A DNA stretch of 64,000 nucleotides from an uncultured Aliarcobacter sp. (GCA_963677435.1 OY781945.1:3008001-3072000); one strand, 5' to 3'. Shown: positions 1-10,363, counted from the stretch's first letter. Notes: generated from the sequence alone by a model not told the origin. Program-made: numbers and translations.

Positions 1-1327
1 ATTCATTCATTGAGTTAAAGAAATCTTCGTTATTTTTAGTTTTTTGCATTTTTGAATATAAGAATTTAAGAGCTTCAACTTCATCCATTTGAGAAATTGC
101 ATTTCTTAAAATCCAAGTTTTTTGTAGAACATCAGGAGTAAGAAGTAACTCTTCTTTTCTAGTTCCAGATTTTGTAATATCAAGAGCTGGGTAAACTCTT
201 TTATTTGCTGCATTTCTTGAAAGTACAACTTCACTATTACCAGTTCCTTTGAACTCTTCAAAAATTACTTCATCCATTTTCGAACCAGTTTCAATAAGTG
301 CAGTTGAAATGATTGTTAAACTTCCACCCTCTTCTATATTTCTTGCAGCTCCAAAAAATCTTTTTGGTTTATGTAATGCATTTGCATCAACCCCACCTGA
401 AAGTACTTTTCCAGAACTTGGTGTTACTGTATTATATGCTCGTGCAAGTCTAGTGATTGAATCTAATAAGATAACTACATCTTTTTTCATTTCTACAAGT
501 CTTTTTGCTTTTTCAATTACAATTTCAGCAACTCTTACATGATTATGTGCAGGTAAATCAAAAGTTGAAGAATAAACTTCACCTCTTACACTTCTTTGCA
601 TATCTGTAACCTCTTCTGGTCTTTCATCAATTAATAAAACCATTAATGTAACTTCAGGATGATTTCTACTAATTGCATGAGCTAACTCTTTTAAAAGTTC
701 AGTTTTACCAGTTTTGGGAGGTGCAACAATAAGTCCTCTTTGACCTTTACCCATAGGAGCGAATAAATCAAGCATTCTTCCTGTCATTCTTGTAGATTCA
801 TATTCAAAGTTAAATCTTTTTGTTGAGTATAAAGGAGTTAAGTTATCAAATAAAGGTCTGTTTTTTGATTCTTTTACGGGTAGATAATTTATTGCTTCTA
901 TTTTTAATAAAGCATTATATTTTTCACTCTCTTTGTTTGGAGGTCTAACTTGTCCAGAAACAATATCCCCAGTTCTTAGTGCAAACTTTCTAATTTGAGT
1001 TGCACTTACATAAGAGTCATTTGATGTATCAGAAAAGTTACCATCTATTGCTCTTAAAAATCCAAATCCACCCTCTTTAATCTCTAAGATACCAGTAAAT
1101 AAAATAAAACCACCTGCATCGATTTGTGATTTTAAAATTGTAAACATTAAATCTTGTCGTTTTAGTTCTTGAGGGTTTTCTACATCGAGTTCATTTGCTA
1201 TATTTATAAGTGTTTCTAAAGGGAATTCCCTTAGTTGTTCAATCTTATAACCTTCAACAGGAATATGCGTTCTTGCCTTCTTTGAAGCTGCGGTTTTTGT
1301 TTTAGTTTCTTCTTTAGACTCTTCCAT
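1..1327 (-). CDS. rho: Transcription termination factor Rho (3' end runs off the window)
   Basis: Not in ORF track. Manual translation from ATG at 1327: MEESKEETK...[12 protein letters not shown]...[14 protein letters not shown]...[19 protein letters not shown]...[13 protein letters not shown]...[11 protein letters not shown], all typical Rho motifs. Confidence 0.97.
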   Translation of the reverse strand, partial: MEESKEETKTKTAASKKARTHIPVEGYKIEQLREFPLETLINIANELDVENPQELKRQDLMFTILKSQIDAGGFILFTGILEIKEGGFGFLRAIDGNFSDTSNDSYVSATQIRKFALRTGDIVSGQVRPPNKESEKYNALLKIEAINYLPVKESKNRPLFDNLTPLYSTKRFNFEYESTRMTGRMLDLFAPMGKGQRGLIVAPPKTGKTELLKELAHAISRNHPEVTLMVLLIDERPEEVTDMQRSVRGEVYSSTFDLPAHNHVRVAEIVIEKAKRLVEMKKDVVILLDSITRLARAYNTVTPSSGKVLSGGVDANALHKPKRFFGAARNIEEGGSLTIISTALIETGSKMDEVIFEEFKGTGNSEVVLSRNAANKRVYPALDITKSGTRKEELLLTPDVLQKTWILRNAISQMDEVEALKFLYSKMQKTKNNEDFFNSMNE

Positions 1328-1406
1328 GAGTGTTTTTTACCTTTGATTTTACATAAGTTTATGTAGTTATTGTAGTTTTTGTAGTTTTTATTAAAGTATT
1401 GGCGTT

Positions 1407-1435
1407 ATTGTAGTGATAATTTCAAAAATTGTCAA
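1407..1435 (-). promoter_or_regulatory. sigma70 promoter of rho
   Basis: Minus-strand TTGACA (1435-1430), 17-nt spacer, TACAAT (1412-1407). Confidence 0.75.
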
Positions 1436-1451
1436 TAAAAAGACTTTACAT

Positions 1452-1486
1452 AAAAAAAGGTATCAAAAAAAAATTTGATACCTTTT
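1452..1486 (-). terminator. Intrinsic terminator downstream of ahpC
   Basis: Inverted repeat AAAAGGTATCAAA / TTTGATACCTTTT with a T-run on the minus strand. Confidence 0.75.
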
Positions 1487-1508
1487 ACTTATATAATATA
1501 GTTAAATA

Positions 1509-2105
1509 TTATAATTTACCTTCGTTTTTAGCTAAATATTCAGCAACACCAGAAGTAGAAGCTTTCATACCTTCGTCACCTTTAGTCCATCCAGCAGGAC
1601 AAACTTCACCATGCTCATTTGTAAATAACATTGTATCTACCATTCTGATCATTTCATCAATGTTTCTTCCTAATGGTAAGTCATTAATTACTGCGTGTCT
1701 TACTGTTCCATCTGCATCAATTAAGAATGATCCTCTTAATGCTACTGATTCTCCAAATAATACATCGTAATCTCTTGAAATTGATTTTGATAAGTCTGCT
1801 ACTAATGGAAATTTAACTCTTCCAATTCCACCATTTTCAACAGCAGTTTCTCTCCATGCAAAGTGTGAGAATTGTGAATCAACTGAACAACCAATTACAG
1901 ATACTCCTCTTGAAGTGAAATCTTCAATTCTTTTTGAGAACGCAATAATTTCAGATGGACAAACAAATGTAAAGTCTAATGGATAGAAAAATAATACTGC
2001 ACCTTTTTCACCAATGTTTTCATATAAGTTAAAATTTTCTACAATTTGACCATCTGCAAGTACAGCTTTTGCTGTAAAATCTGGAGCTTTTTTTGTTACT
2101 AACAT
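1509..2105 (-). CDS. ahpC: 2-Cys peroxiredoxin (alkyl hydroperoxide reductase C)
   Basis: FYPLDFTFVCPSEI and GEVCPAGW motifs; start moved to ATG 2105 (MLVTKKAPDF) behind an AAGGA RBS. Confidence 0.95.
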   Translation of the reverse strand: MLVTKKAPDFTAKAVLADGQIVENFNLYENIGEKGAVLFFYPLDFTFVCPSEIIAFSKRIEDFTSRGVSVIGCSVDSQFSHFAWRETAVENGGIGRVKFPLVADLSKSISRDYDVLFGESVALRGSFLIDADGTVRHAVINDLPLGRNIDEMIRMVDTMLFTNEHGEVCPAGWTKGDEGMKASTSGVAEYLAKNEGKL

Positions 2106-2366
2106 ATTTTTTTTCCTTTTAAATAATAATTCATGTACAAAATTATATAACAATTTTTTTAAAACAAACTGTGACTTTCCTTAAATTTTTAAATTTTTAA
2201 AAACTATTATCTTAAGATAAAGTTTATCCTTTTATTGTTCTTACATTAACGAATAAGTATTCATTTATTACAATAAAGCATTTAAAGAATGATAACTTCT
2301 ATATTTTAAAGATAATTTTATATTTACTGTGATAAAGTTTTCTAAATTTTAATTAGGAGATATACT

Positions 2367-2642
2367 ATGGCAGTAAAAATTACTGATATTTGTATTAGTT
2401 GTGATGCTTGTTTAGATGAGTGTCCAGTAGAAGCGATTGTTGACAATGATGAAAATCCAACAGGGGCAGATACATATTATGTATACGCTGACAAATGTGT
2501 TGAGTGTGTAGGTCATAATGATGCTCCTGCATGTGCTGATGCATGTCCTACTGAAGGGTGTATTGTTTGGGATGAAACTGGTTCTAGTTCAGTTGAAAGA
2601 GAAGACAGAGGAGCTGTTGGTTCTCCTGTAGTTGAAGACTAA
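2367..2642 (+). CDS. fdxA: 4Fe-4S dicluster ferredoxin
   Basis: CxxCxxCxxxCP and CxxCx8CxxxCP motifs; AGGAG RBS; divergent from ahpC. Confidence 0.9.
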   Translation: MAVKITDICISCDACLDECPVEAIVDNDENPTGADTYYVYADKCVECVGHNDAPACADACPTEGCIVWDETGSSSVEREDRGAVGSPVVED

Positions 2643-2663
2643 TTTTAACTAATTTTTTATAGT

Positions 2664-2702
2664 AAAAAAGGCGAGTAGTTTAATACTACTTGCCTTTTTT
2701 TT
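2664..2702 (+). terminator. Intrinsic terminator after the ferredoxin gene
   Basis: GGCGAGTAGT-ttaat-ACTACTTGCC stem (one G-U pair) followed by a T run. Confidence 0.8.
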
Positions 2703-2751
2703 ATTTTTTAGGTATAATCCGCGACTTAAAAAAAATCGAGGAATATAAGTA

Positions 2752-3165
2752 ATGGAACAAACATTATCAATCATTAAACCAGACGCTGTAGCAAAAAATG
2801 TAGTTGGGAAAATCTTAGACAGATTTGAATCAGCTGGATTAAAAATTGCAGCAACTAGAAAAATGCAATTAAGCAAAGCTGACGCTGAAGCTTTTTACGC
2901 AGTTCATGCAGCAAGACCTTTCTTTAAAGATTTAGTTGAATTCATGATCTCAGGTCCAGTAGTAGTTTCAGTTTTAGAAGGTGAAAATGCAATGGCAATA
3001 AATAGAGAATTAATGGGTGCTACTAATCCTAAAGAAGCAGCAGCTGGAACAATTAGAGCAGATTTTGCTGAGTCAATTGATGCAAATGCTGTTCATGGTT
3101 CTGATTCATTAGAAAATGCAGCAAATGAGATTAATTTCTTCTTTGCACAAAAAGAAATTTGTTAA
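2752..3165 (+). CDS. ndk: Nucleoside diphosphate kinase
   Basis: [18 protein letters not shown] and NAVHGSDS motifs. Confidence 0.97.
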   Translation: MEQTLSIIKPDAVAKNVVGKILDRFESAGLKIAATRKMQLSKADAEAFYAVHAARPFFKDLVEFMISGPVVVSVLEGENAMAINRELMGATNPKEAAAGTIRADFAESIDANAVHGSDSLENAANEINFFFAQKEIC

Positions 3166-3191
3166 TTAACTATTAATAAATAAATTTTATA

Positions 3192-3569
3192 ATGAAAATT
3201 GAATTTAGAAAAGTTCCACAAATAGAGAAAGAATTGGAGTTTATCTCCAATTCAGTTAAAATTGAAGGTACTTTTTGTAGAATATCGCAATCATTAGTGA
3301 AAATTGATGCTGTACTAAAAGGCAGTACTGAAATTGATTGTTGTAGATGCGGGAAAACTGAAGAGATTGAAGTTGATGAAGAACTTCATTTATTATTAAG
3401 TGATGGCATTTATAAAAGTGATGAAAGTGAATTTTTGGTAATAGAAGTTGAAAACAATTTAATTGATTTTGATGAAATAATTCAAAGTGAATTAAATAGT
3501 ATCAAAAGTGATTATTACATGTGTGACGATTGTTCACAACTTGGTGATAATTTTGAAAAAGAATTTTAA
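3192..3569 (+). CDS. YceD/DUF177 family protein
   Basis: CxRC and C-terminal CxxC motifs; canonical position just upstream of rpmF. Confidence 0.8.
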   Translation: MKIEFRKVPQIEKELEFISNSVKIEGTFCRISQSLVKIDAVLKGSTEIDCCRCGKTEEIEVDEELHLLLSDGIYKSDESEFLVIEVENNLIDFDEIIQSELNSIKSDYYMCDDCSQLGDNFEKEF

Positions 3570-3580
3570 GGAGAATTAAA

Positions 3581-3733
3581 ATGGCAGTACCTAAGAGAAG
3601 AGTATCTCATACTAGATCAGCAAAAAGAAGAACTCACTACAAAATAACATTAAAAAAACCTGTTAAAGATAGTGATGGAACTTGGAAAATGCCTCACATG
3701 GTTAATCCAACTACTGGTGAATATAAAAACTAA
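3581..3733 (+). CDS. rpmF: 50S ribosomal protein L32
   Basis: Not in ORF track. 50 aa [64 protein letters not shown] overlap with plsX. Confidence 0.96.
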   Translation: MAVPKRRVSHTRSAKRRTHYKITLKKPVKDSDGTWKMPHMVNPTTGEYKN

Positions 3734-4737
3734 TGCTAAGAATTGCAATAGATGCTATGGGTGGGGACTTCGGTCCTGAACCTATAATAGAAGGCTTATT
3801 AGCCGCTCTACGAAAAAACAACAATTTTACTGCTATCGCAGTTGGTAAAAAAGATGAACTTTTACCTATAATTCCACAAATTTTTTTATCAAGAATTGAA
3901 ATACTAGATACAGATGATGTAATTAGTATGAGTGATTCTGCTACTGATGCACTAAAAAGAAAAGAATCAACTATTTATAAAGCAATTGAACTTGTTCGTG
4001 ATGGAAAAGCTGATGCCGTAGTTTCAGCTGGTCATTCAGGAGCAACTATGTCTTTAGCAACACTTAGAATCGGAAGAATCAAAGGTGTAAGTAGACCTGC
4101 AATTGCTACATTAATGCCTACAAGCGAAAACCAAAATACTTTGGTATTAGATGTTGGAGCAAATGTAGATAGTGATGCAAAAAATCTTTTTGAATTTGCA
4201 ATAATGGGACAAGTTTATGCTCAATACGCATTAAGACTTGATGAACCTATTGTTGGACTTTTAAGTAATGGTGAAGAAGATAGTAAAGGTAATGAAGTTA
4301 CAAAAGAAGCTTACAAATTAATATCAAAACTTCCTAATTTTGCTGGAAATGTTGAGGGTAGTGATATCTTTAAAGGTACAGTTGATGTTGTTGTTTGTGA
4401 TGGTTTTGTTGGTAATATTTTACTTAAAACAGCCGAAGGTGTTGCAGACACAATCGGGAAAATTATTAAGAAAAATTTAAAAAGATCACTAATTTCAATA
4501 GCTGGTGCAGTTCTTATGAGAAAAGTTTTCAAAAACTTAAAAGTAAGAGTTGATTATGCTGAATATGGTGGGGCGCCTTTACTTGGAGTAAAAGCACCTG
4601 TAATTATTGCACATGGAAAATCAAATCCAAAAGCAATACAAAATGCTATATTTCAAGCTATAAATGCAGCTAGTTCAAATTTAGATAATATAATTGAACA
4701 AAGATTAGTAAAATATAGCAATAATCAAGAAATTTAA
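3733..4737 (+). CDS. plsX: Phosphate acyltransferase PlsX
   Basis: [31 protein letters not shown] and YGGAPLLG motifs. Confidence 0.96.
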   Translation: MLRIAIDAMGGDFGPEPIIEGLLAALRKNNNFTAIAVGKKDELLPIIPQIFLSRIEILDTDDVISMSDSATDALKRKESTIYKAIELVRDGKADAVVSAGHSGATMSLATLRIGRIKGVSRPAIATLMPTSENQNTLVLDVGANVDSDAKNLFEFAIMGQVYAQYALRLDEPIVGLLSNGEEDSKGNEVTKEAYKLISKLPNFAGNVEGSDIFKGTVDVVVCDGFVGNILLKTAEGVADTIGKIIKKNLKRSLISIAGAVLMRKVFKNLKVRVDYAEYGGAPLLGVKAPVIIAHGKSNPKAIQNAIFQAINAASSNLDNIIEQRLVKYSNNQEI

Positions 4738-4768
4738 TTATTGTTATATTCAATTTAAGGATATGTAA

Positions 4769-5770
4769 ATGACATATGCAGCTTTTAGATCTATTGGAGC
4801 TTATATTCCTCCAAAGATTATGACGAATGCAGATTTTGAAAAAATTATTGATACAAGTGATGAGTGGATAACAAAAAGAACTGGTATCAAAGAAAGAAGA
4901 ATATCTGAAGTTGATGAAGCTTCATCTGATTTAGGGGCAAGAGCAGCAGAAGTTGCTATTTCAAGATCTGGTATTTCTAAAGAAGAAATAGATTTAGTTA
5001 TTTGTGCAACAGTAACGCCAGATTATTTATGTATGCCATCAACTGCATGTTTAATTGCAGCAAAACTTGGATTACCAAATGTAATGGCATATGATATAAG
5101 TGCAGCATGTACAGGATTTGTATACGCAGTTTCAATTGCTAAAGCATTTATTGAATCAGGTATGAAAAAAAATGTACTGATTATTGGTGCAGAAACATAC
5201 TCTTCAATTCTTGATTACACAGATAGAGGTACTTGTTTTATTTTTGGAGATGGTGCAGGAGCTGCAATTATTTCTGCTACATCAGATAAAAATGAAGCAA
5301 TTATTGATGTAAATTGTTCAAGTGATGGTAACTATGAAGATTTAATTAAAACTCCAGGAGGAGGAAGTAAACATCCTTGTTCTGCTGAAGTTTTAGAAAA
5401 TAAGATGGCATGCATAAAAATGAAAGGTAATGAAACTTTCAAACTTGCTGTTAAAACATTAACATCAGATGTTAAAATAATGATGCAAAAACATAATCTT
5501 TCAAATGAGGATATAAAACATTTTATTCCTCATCAAGCAAACTATAGAATCATAAAAGCTGTAGGTGAAGCTTTAGGGTTTAATGAAGAACAAACTGTAG
5601 TTACTGTAGATAAATATGGTAATACTTCAGCTGCATCAATTCCTATGGCTATGAACTATGCTTATGAAGAGGGTAGAATAAAAGCAGGTGATACTGTACT
5701 TTTTGATGCCTTTGGTGGTGGATTAACTTGGGGTTCAGCTCTATTTAGATTCTCACCTAAAAAATCTTAA
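4769..5770 (+). CDS. fabH: Beta-ketoacyl-ACP synthase III
   Basis: DISAACTGF, PHQAN and YGNTSAASIP catalytic motifs. Confidence 0.97.
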   Translation: MTYAAFRSIGAYIPPKIMTNADFEKIIDTSDEWITKRTGIKERRISEVDEASSDLGARAAEVAISRSGISKEEIDLVICATVTPDYLCMPSTACLIAAKLGLPNVMAYDISAACTGFVYAVSIAKAFIESGMKKNVLIIGAETYSSILDYTDRGTCFIFGDGAGAAIISATSDKNEAIIDVNCSSDGNYEDLIKTPGGGSKHPCSAEVLENKMACIKMKGNETFKLAVKTLTSDVKIMMQKHNLSNEDIKHFIPHQANYRIIKAVGEALGFNEEQTVVTVDKYGNTSAASIPMAMNYAYEEGRIKAGDTVLFDAFGGGLTWGSALFRFSPKKS

Positions 5771-5795
5771 TATTTGGGAAATCCCAAATATTTTT
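5769..5795. terminator. Hairpin between convergent fabH and azlD
   Basis: AATATTTGGG-aaat-CCCAAATATT followed by Ts. Confidence 0.7.
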
Positions 5796-5818
5796 CTTGA
5801 AAACTTTATAAATTTCTT

Positions 5819-6139
5819 CTACATATACTGTACTAAAACCATATAAAAAATTGTTCCTAAGAAAATCGAAATCAAATAGTTTTTAAATATTAGATGTAAA
5901 ATTGCAGTAATTAAAATACTTCCTATCTCTTTTAATCCATAGGGAACCAATGAAAAATTCACATCTTTTAATGTATAAACAACTAATATTGTCATTATAA
6001 CAGCAGGAAAATATTTCTCAATAAATACTAAATAATGAGGTAAATCTTTTTTTCTAAAAAACAAAAAAGGTAGTGCTCTCATAAAATAACTTATGCTTGA
6101 CATAATAGCTATAGCTATAAATATTTCATAATTATTCAT
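5819..6139 (-). CDS. azlD: Branched-chain amino acid exporter small subunit (AzlD family)
   Basis: Small hydrophobic protein with RALPF motif; overlaps azlC. Confidence 0.85.
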   Translation of the reverse strand: MNNYEIFIAIAIMSSISYFMRALPFLFFRKKDLPHYLVFIEKYFPAVIMTILVVYTLKDVNFSLVPYGLKEIGSILITAILHLIFKNYLISIFLGTIFYMVLVQYM

Positions 6140-6818
6140 TTTCTATTTTTCTTTCAAAAGTAAACATTAATACCAAAGATAAAATAATAGAAGCAATTAA
6201 CATTTTATCACTTGTGACAAAAATAAGTGCAAAAATAGAAGAGATTAAAGCCAAAATAAAAGGAGCAATATTTTGCAAGTTTTTGTATTGTTCAATACAA
6301 AGTACCACAAAAAGTGCTGTTAAAGAAAACTCTAAACCTTGAGTATTAAATTTAAGATTAACACCTATTAATGCACCTAAAGTAGAACCTACAATCCAAT
6401 AAAACTGACTAAAACTAAGCAGAAAAAAGTAATACCATTTTTTATTCAAACTCTCATCATCTTTAATTGAAGTCAATAAGGCATAGGTTTCATCAGTTAG
6501 GGCAAAAATAAGATAGGGTTTTAATTTATCTGTATTTTTAAATCTTTTTAATAAAGATAAACCATAAAAAGATTGTCTAATATTTATAAATACAGAAGCA
6601 ATTGCAATATCAACAAAACCAGCTTTTATATTAAAAAAGTTTATTGCAACAAACTGTAAAGCACCCGTATATATGAAAAAAGACATAATAGGTGCTAAAT
6701 ACCAAGAATAATCAAAAGAGACTAATAACAAGCCAAAAGCAAAACCTAAAACTAAATATCCCATCATAATAGGAATAGAGATTTTGAACGCTTTTACTAA
6801 TTCATTTTTATATTTCAA
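6132..6818 (-). CDS. azlC: AzlC family branched-chain amino acid exporter
   Basis: Multi-TM protein with PIMMGY, YTGALQF and LTDETYA motifs. Confidence 0.9.
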   Translation of the reverse strand: MKYKNELVKAFKISIPIMMGYLVLGFAFGLLLVSFDYSWYLAPIMSFFIYTGALQFVAINFFNIKAGFVDIAIASVFINIRQSFYGLSLLKRFKNTDKLKPYLIFALTDETYALLTSIKDDESLNKKWYYFFLLSFSQFYWIVGSTLGALIGVNLKFNTQGLEFSLTALFVVLCIEQYKNLQNIAPFILALISSIFALIFVTSDKMLIASIILSLVLMFTFERKIENE

Positions 6819-6833
6819 TTTTAGTTTTACCTA

Positions 6834-7268
6834 TTAATTGAATTTTTTATTATTAGGATTATTTTTAAATACATTAAAAGAGTTTTTCTTCAAATTTCTA
6901 TTAAATTTATCAACTGTTGCAACTGAATTTATATATAAAATTGATTCATCAACAACTATTTGGAAAACTGCATGTAAAGGAATTTTTACAACACATCCAA
7001 AATTCTCATTTCCAAATCCTGCTTCAAAACTAAGATATTCATCATCAACTTGAACTGTAGTGTATGTATAATTACTCAAAATAAATAAAGAAAACTTATG
7101 CATTTGATCTTTTATAACTTTTGGAAGCTCTGGTGTAAAACTAATTGGCTCTAAATTTGCAGTTATTGAAAACTCTTGATTCTTATGTAATAAGAACAAA
7201 ATGTTCTCTTTTATTTGTCGTTCAACTAATTCTTTATATTCGTTATTTTCTATTATATCTTTTATCAT
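6834..7268 (-). CDS. Conserved hypothetical protein, possibly SspB-like
   Basis: 144-aa ORF; LSFEAGFG...VKIPLHAVFQI resembles the SspB core. Confidence 0.6.
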   Translation of the reverse strand: MIKDIIENNEYKELVERQIKENILFLLHKNQEFSITANLEPISFTPELPKVIKDQMHKFSLFILSNYTYTTVQVDDEYLSFEAGFGNENFGCVVKIPLHAVFQIVVDESILYINSVATVDKFNRNLKKNSFNVFKNNPNNKKFN

Positions 7269-7308
7269 AATTAATACCTATTTCAAAAATTTAATGTTAT
7301 TATAGCTC

Positions 7309-7947
7309 ATGAAACAAATTATTTTCCTTATTTTACTGATAAATTATAGTTTTGCCTACGAATTTAAATTAAACCAAAAAGATATAAATTATATAAATAA
7401 TTCAGATAAAAAATCATTCATTGTGAATAGATTAACTAAATATGAAGAATTAAAAATCAAAATAAAAGATTATGATCTTATTAGAAAACTTTCCCATGTG
7501 AACTCTTTTATAAATAAAATATTTCCAGCTCTTGATATATCAACTCAAGCTTCTATTGATTATTGGGCAACGCCAAAAGAGTTTTTACTAGAGGGTCATG
7601 GAGATTGTGAGGATTATGCAATTGCTAAATATTTTACTCTTTTAGAAATTGGTATTCCAAAAGAAAAATTATATTTCGCTATTGTAAATATAAAAGGCGA
7701 AAAAACAGCACATATGGTTTTATTATATTTAGAGAATAAAAACTCTACTCCTTTAGTTTTAGATAACTTAAGTTCAGTTGTTATTCCCTTTACAAAAAGA
7801 CCAAAACTTATTCCAAAAGTTGCTTTTAATGAAATTGATTCGTATGTATTTACTCCAACAAAATTTACAAAAAAAGCAAATATAAATTGGGGAAAAGAAA
7901 ATAAGTGGGAAAAACTTTTAAATAGAGTTTATAATTTAAATGAATAA
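7309..7947 (+). CDS. Transglutaminase-like periplasmic cysteine peptidase (BTLCP/LapG family)
   Basis: Signal peptide; DYWATPKEF, GDCEDYAIAKY, AHMVL and VLDNL give a Cys-His-Asp triad. Confidence 0.88.
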   Translation: MKQIIFLILLINYSFAYEFKLNQKDINYINNSDKKSFIVNRLTKYEELKIKIKDYDLIRKLSHVNSFINKIFPALDISTQASIDYWATPKEFLLEGHGDCEDYAIAKYFTLLEIGIPKEKLYFAIVNIKGEKTAHMVLLYLENKNSTPLVLDNLSSVVIPFTKRPKLIPKVAFNEIDSYVFTPTKFTKKANINWGKENKWEKLLNRVYNLNE

Positions 7948-8501
7948 TCTTCTTTAATATCAAAGCCTATCATTGCGTTCATAAGTGCAATTTTAGAAGC
8001 TTTTTTTAGCATCTTTACACTTATATCTTTTTCTATTAAAACTCTTTCTTCTATAAGTCTAGCCCTTGTAGTTCCACTTAATAAATAGTTTTTTGAAGTT
8101 AGCCAAGTATCTTCATAAAGTATCGCTATATTTGCAATACTTGTATCGGTTACAATACCATTTTTTATAATAATAACCTCATCACAGTTCTCTTTTTTAG
8201 AAAATAGCTCATCTAAGTTTTCTCTATTTAAATACTTTTTTGAGTATGAAATTTCATCATTAAATATTAGTTTAAAAGAGTTTATCTCTCTTTTTCTGTA
8301 AGGAAAATACTCCACATTTAGAATCTCAAAATCATTATAAATAACTTTACATCTAAGTAATTCTTCACTTATTGGATAAATATATTCTTGCAGATTTATA
8401 TTTAAACCTATTGTATTTGCTACTCTTTTATTGTGATATTCTAAATTAAAAATCTCATTATCTTCACATTTTATTGTCTCAAAATATATATTTTCTTGCA
8501 T
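7929..8501 (-). CDS. pabC: Aminotransferase class IV / 4-amino-4-deoxychorismate lyase-like protein
   Basis: FETIK, VTDTSIANI and LLSGTTRA motifs; downstream of pabB. Confidence 0.75.
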   Translation of the reverse strand: MQENIYFETIKCEDNEIFNLEYHNKRVANTIGLNINLQEYIYPISEELLRCKVIYNDFEILNVEYFPYRKREINSFKLIFNDEISYSKKYLNRENLDELFSKKENCDEVIIIKNGIVTDTSIANIAILYEDTWLTSKNYLLSGTTRARLIEERVLIEKDISVKMLKKASKIALMNAMIGFDIKEDYSFKL

Positions 8502-8512
8502 TTTTAAACCTT

Positions 8513-9481
8513 TTAAAAGGGTAAATAAATTTTATCAATTAACTCTTGGTATTCATTTAAAACATCAGAATCACAAGTGATTCCACCACCACTTTTATAA
8601 TATTTATTTCCATTTATATCTTCTTGGATAAACCTAATCATCACACAAGAGTCTAACTCTTTTCCATCAAAAACTCCAAAAATCCCTGTATAAAAATCTC
8701 TATCATATCTTTCAATTTCATTTAGAATTTCAACCGTTTTTTTCTTTGGAGTTCCAGTAATTGAACCTGCTGGTAAAATAGAAGTGATAATGTCTCCAAT
8801 ATTTTCAATCCAATTTTCTTGTAAATTTGCAGAAATTTTAGAGCTTACTTGAAGTAACTTTTTATCCCCTGCATTTATAGTATCAATATATCTAAAATCT
8901 TCAACTCTTACATTTGATGCAATTATTCCTAAATCATTTCTTAGTAAATCTACAACCATTGTGTGTTCAGCCATCTCTTTTTTATTTGCTAAAATTTTCT
9001 CTTTAGCATTTGAAATTTCAGCATCAATTGTTCCTTTCATAGGATAAGTAAAAATTTTATTATCTTTTATTTTTACAAATCGCTCAGGAGAAAAACATAC
9101 AAAATTATCTTCTTGATTTTGAAATCTTAATTTATATTTACTTTTTGTATTTTCATAGATTTCATTCAAAGATAAAGGAGTTTTTATTTTGGTTTTTACT
9201 GTTAAGTTTGAAAGATAAGTATTTCCAGCTTTTATCTCTTCTTGTAATCTATCAAACTTTTTTTTATACTCTTCAAAAGAAATAGGAAATTTTTCAAGTT
9301 TTGATTTTGTAATAACTTTATTAAAATCTTCTTTTTGATTTAATTGGAACTTTATAGAATTTGGAAGCTTAGATAATTTTTCTATATAAAACTTATCTAA
9401 ATCATAAGATAAGACAAATAAAAATGGCTCTTTTGAAGAACCAAATTTATTTAATTTTTCTTTTATTAACTCTTTACTCAA
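8513..9481 (-). CDS. pabB: Aminodeoxychorismate synthase component I (short form)
   Basis: FSPERF, PMKGT, EHTMVVDLLRNDL, PAGSITGTPK and GGGIT chorismate-binding motifs. Confidence 0.88.
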   Translation of the reverse strand: MSKELIKEKLNKFGSSKEPFLFVLSYDLDKFYIEKLSKLPNSIKFQLNQKEDFNKVITKSKLEKFPISFEEYKKKFDRLQEEIKAGNTYLSNLTVKTKIKTPLSLNEIYENTKSKYKLRFQNQEDNFVCFSPERFVKIKDNKIFTYPMKGTIDAEISNAKEKILANKKEMAEHTMVVDLLRNDLGIIASNVRVEDFRYIDTINAGDKKLLQVSSKISANLQENWIENIGDIITSILPAGSITGTPKKKTVEILNEIERYDRDFYTGIFGVFDGKELDSCVMIRFIQEDINGNKYYKSGGGITCDSDVLNEYQELIDKIYLPF

Positions 9482-9484
9482 ATT

Positions 9485-10363
9485 TTATTTTAGAATTAAT
9501 TTTTTTAAAACAGCAGCTCTTATTGCAACACCATTTGTAACTTGTGTTAGCACTTTAGATCTTGGATCTTTTAGCATTTCATCACTTATATCAACATTTC
9601 TATTAACAGGACCTGGATGTAAAAGAATAATATCTCTATCTTCTAAAACTTCACTTGTAATACAATAATCTTTTGCATATTCATTTAAAGATTCAAAATA
9701 TATTTCAGAATGTCTTTCAAGTTGTGTTCTAAGACTCATAATAATATCAAGTTCATCAATAATATCAGAAATTTTATCATAATGTTTAAAGTCAGTACCC
9801 TCATATTTAAAGCACTCTGGTGCAATAAAACTTACATCTATTCCAAATCTTGGAAGTAATCTTCTATTAGACCCAGCAACCCTTGAAGTTCTTACATCAC
9901 CAACAATTGCAATTTTTTTACCTTCTGTTTGACCATTAAAATGTTCATAAATTGTAAATAAATCAAGTAGTGCCTGCGTTGGATGGGCATGTTTTCCATC
10001 TCCTGCATTTATAATTGGACAATCAACATATTGAGTTAAAGATTCAGGTAAGCCACACTCAGAGTGTCTAATAATAATTGCATCTGGTTTCATAGCATTT
10101 ATATTGGCAACTGTATCAAAGATAGTTTCACCTTTTGATGTTGATGAAGTACTAACATCTAAAGATACAACCTCAGCTCCCAATCTTTTTGCTGCAATTT
10201 CAAAAGAACTTCTAGTTCTAGTAGAATTTTCAAAAAATAAAGTAACAATTATTTTGCCTTTTAAAATTTCATTTGGCTTAAACTCTAAAAACTCTCTAGC
10301 ATCATTAAATATGCTTAATATTTCTTCTTTTGAAAAATCAGAAGTTCTAATCAAGTGCTGCAT
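9485..10363 (-). CDS. pyrB: Aspartate carbamoyltransferase catalytic subunit
   Basis: [24 protein letters not shown] and HPGP motifs. Confidence 0.97.
   Translation of the reverse strand: MQHLIRTSDFSKEEILSIFNDAREFLEFKPNEILKGKIIVTLFFENSTRTRSSFEIAAKRLGAEVVSLDVSTSSTSKGETIFDTVANINAMKPDAIIIRHSECGLPESLTQYVDCPIINAGDGKHAHPTQALLDLFTIYEHFNGQTEGKKIAIVGDVRTSRVAGSNRRLLPRFGIDVSFIAPECFKYEGTDFKHYDKISDIIDELDIIMSLRTQLERHSEIYFESLNEYAKDYCITSEVLEDRDIILLHPGPVNRNVDISDEMLKDPRSKVLTQVTNGVAIRAAVLKKLILK

Noticed and set aside
249..542. 97-aa plus-strand ORF, and similar short ORFs (1429-1770, 2649-2876, 4311-4532, 10104-10382, 13820-14053, 19514-19823, 33587-33847, 44381-44623, 47380-47664 and others)
   Set aside because: They lie antisense to well-supported genes, lack RBSs and recognisable motifs, and are typical shadow ORFs
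7929..9481. Short pabB and pabC with no pabA, considered as possible pseudogenes
   Set aside because: Reading frames and catalytic motifs are intact; compact versions with unlinked pabA are common in this group
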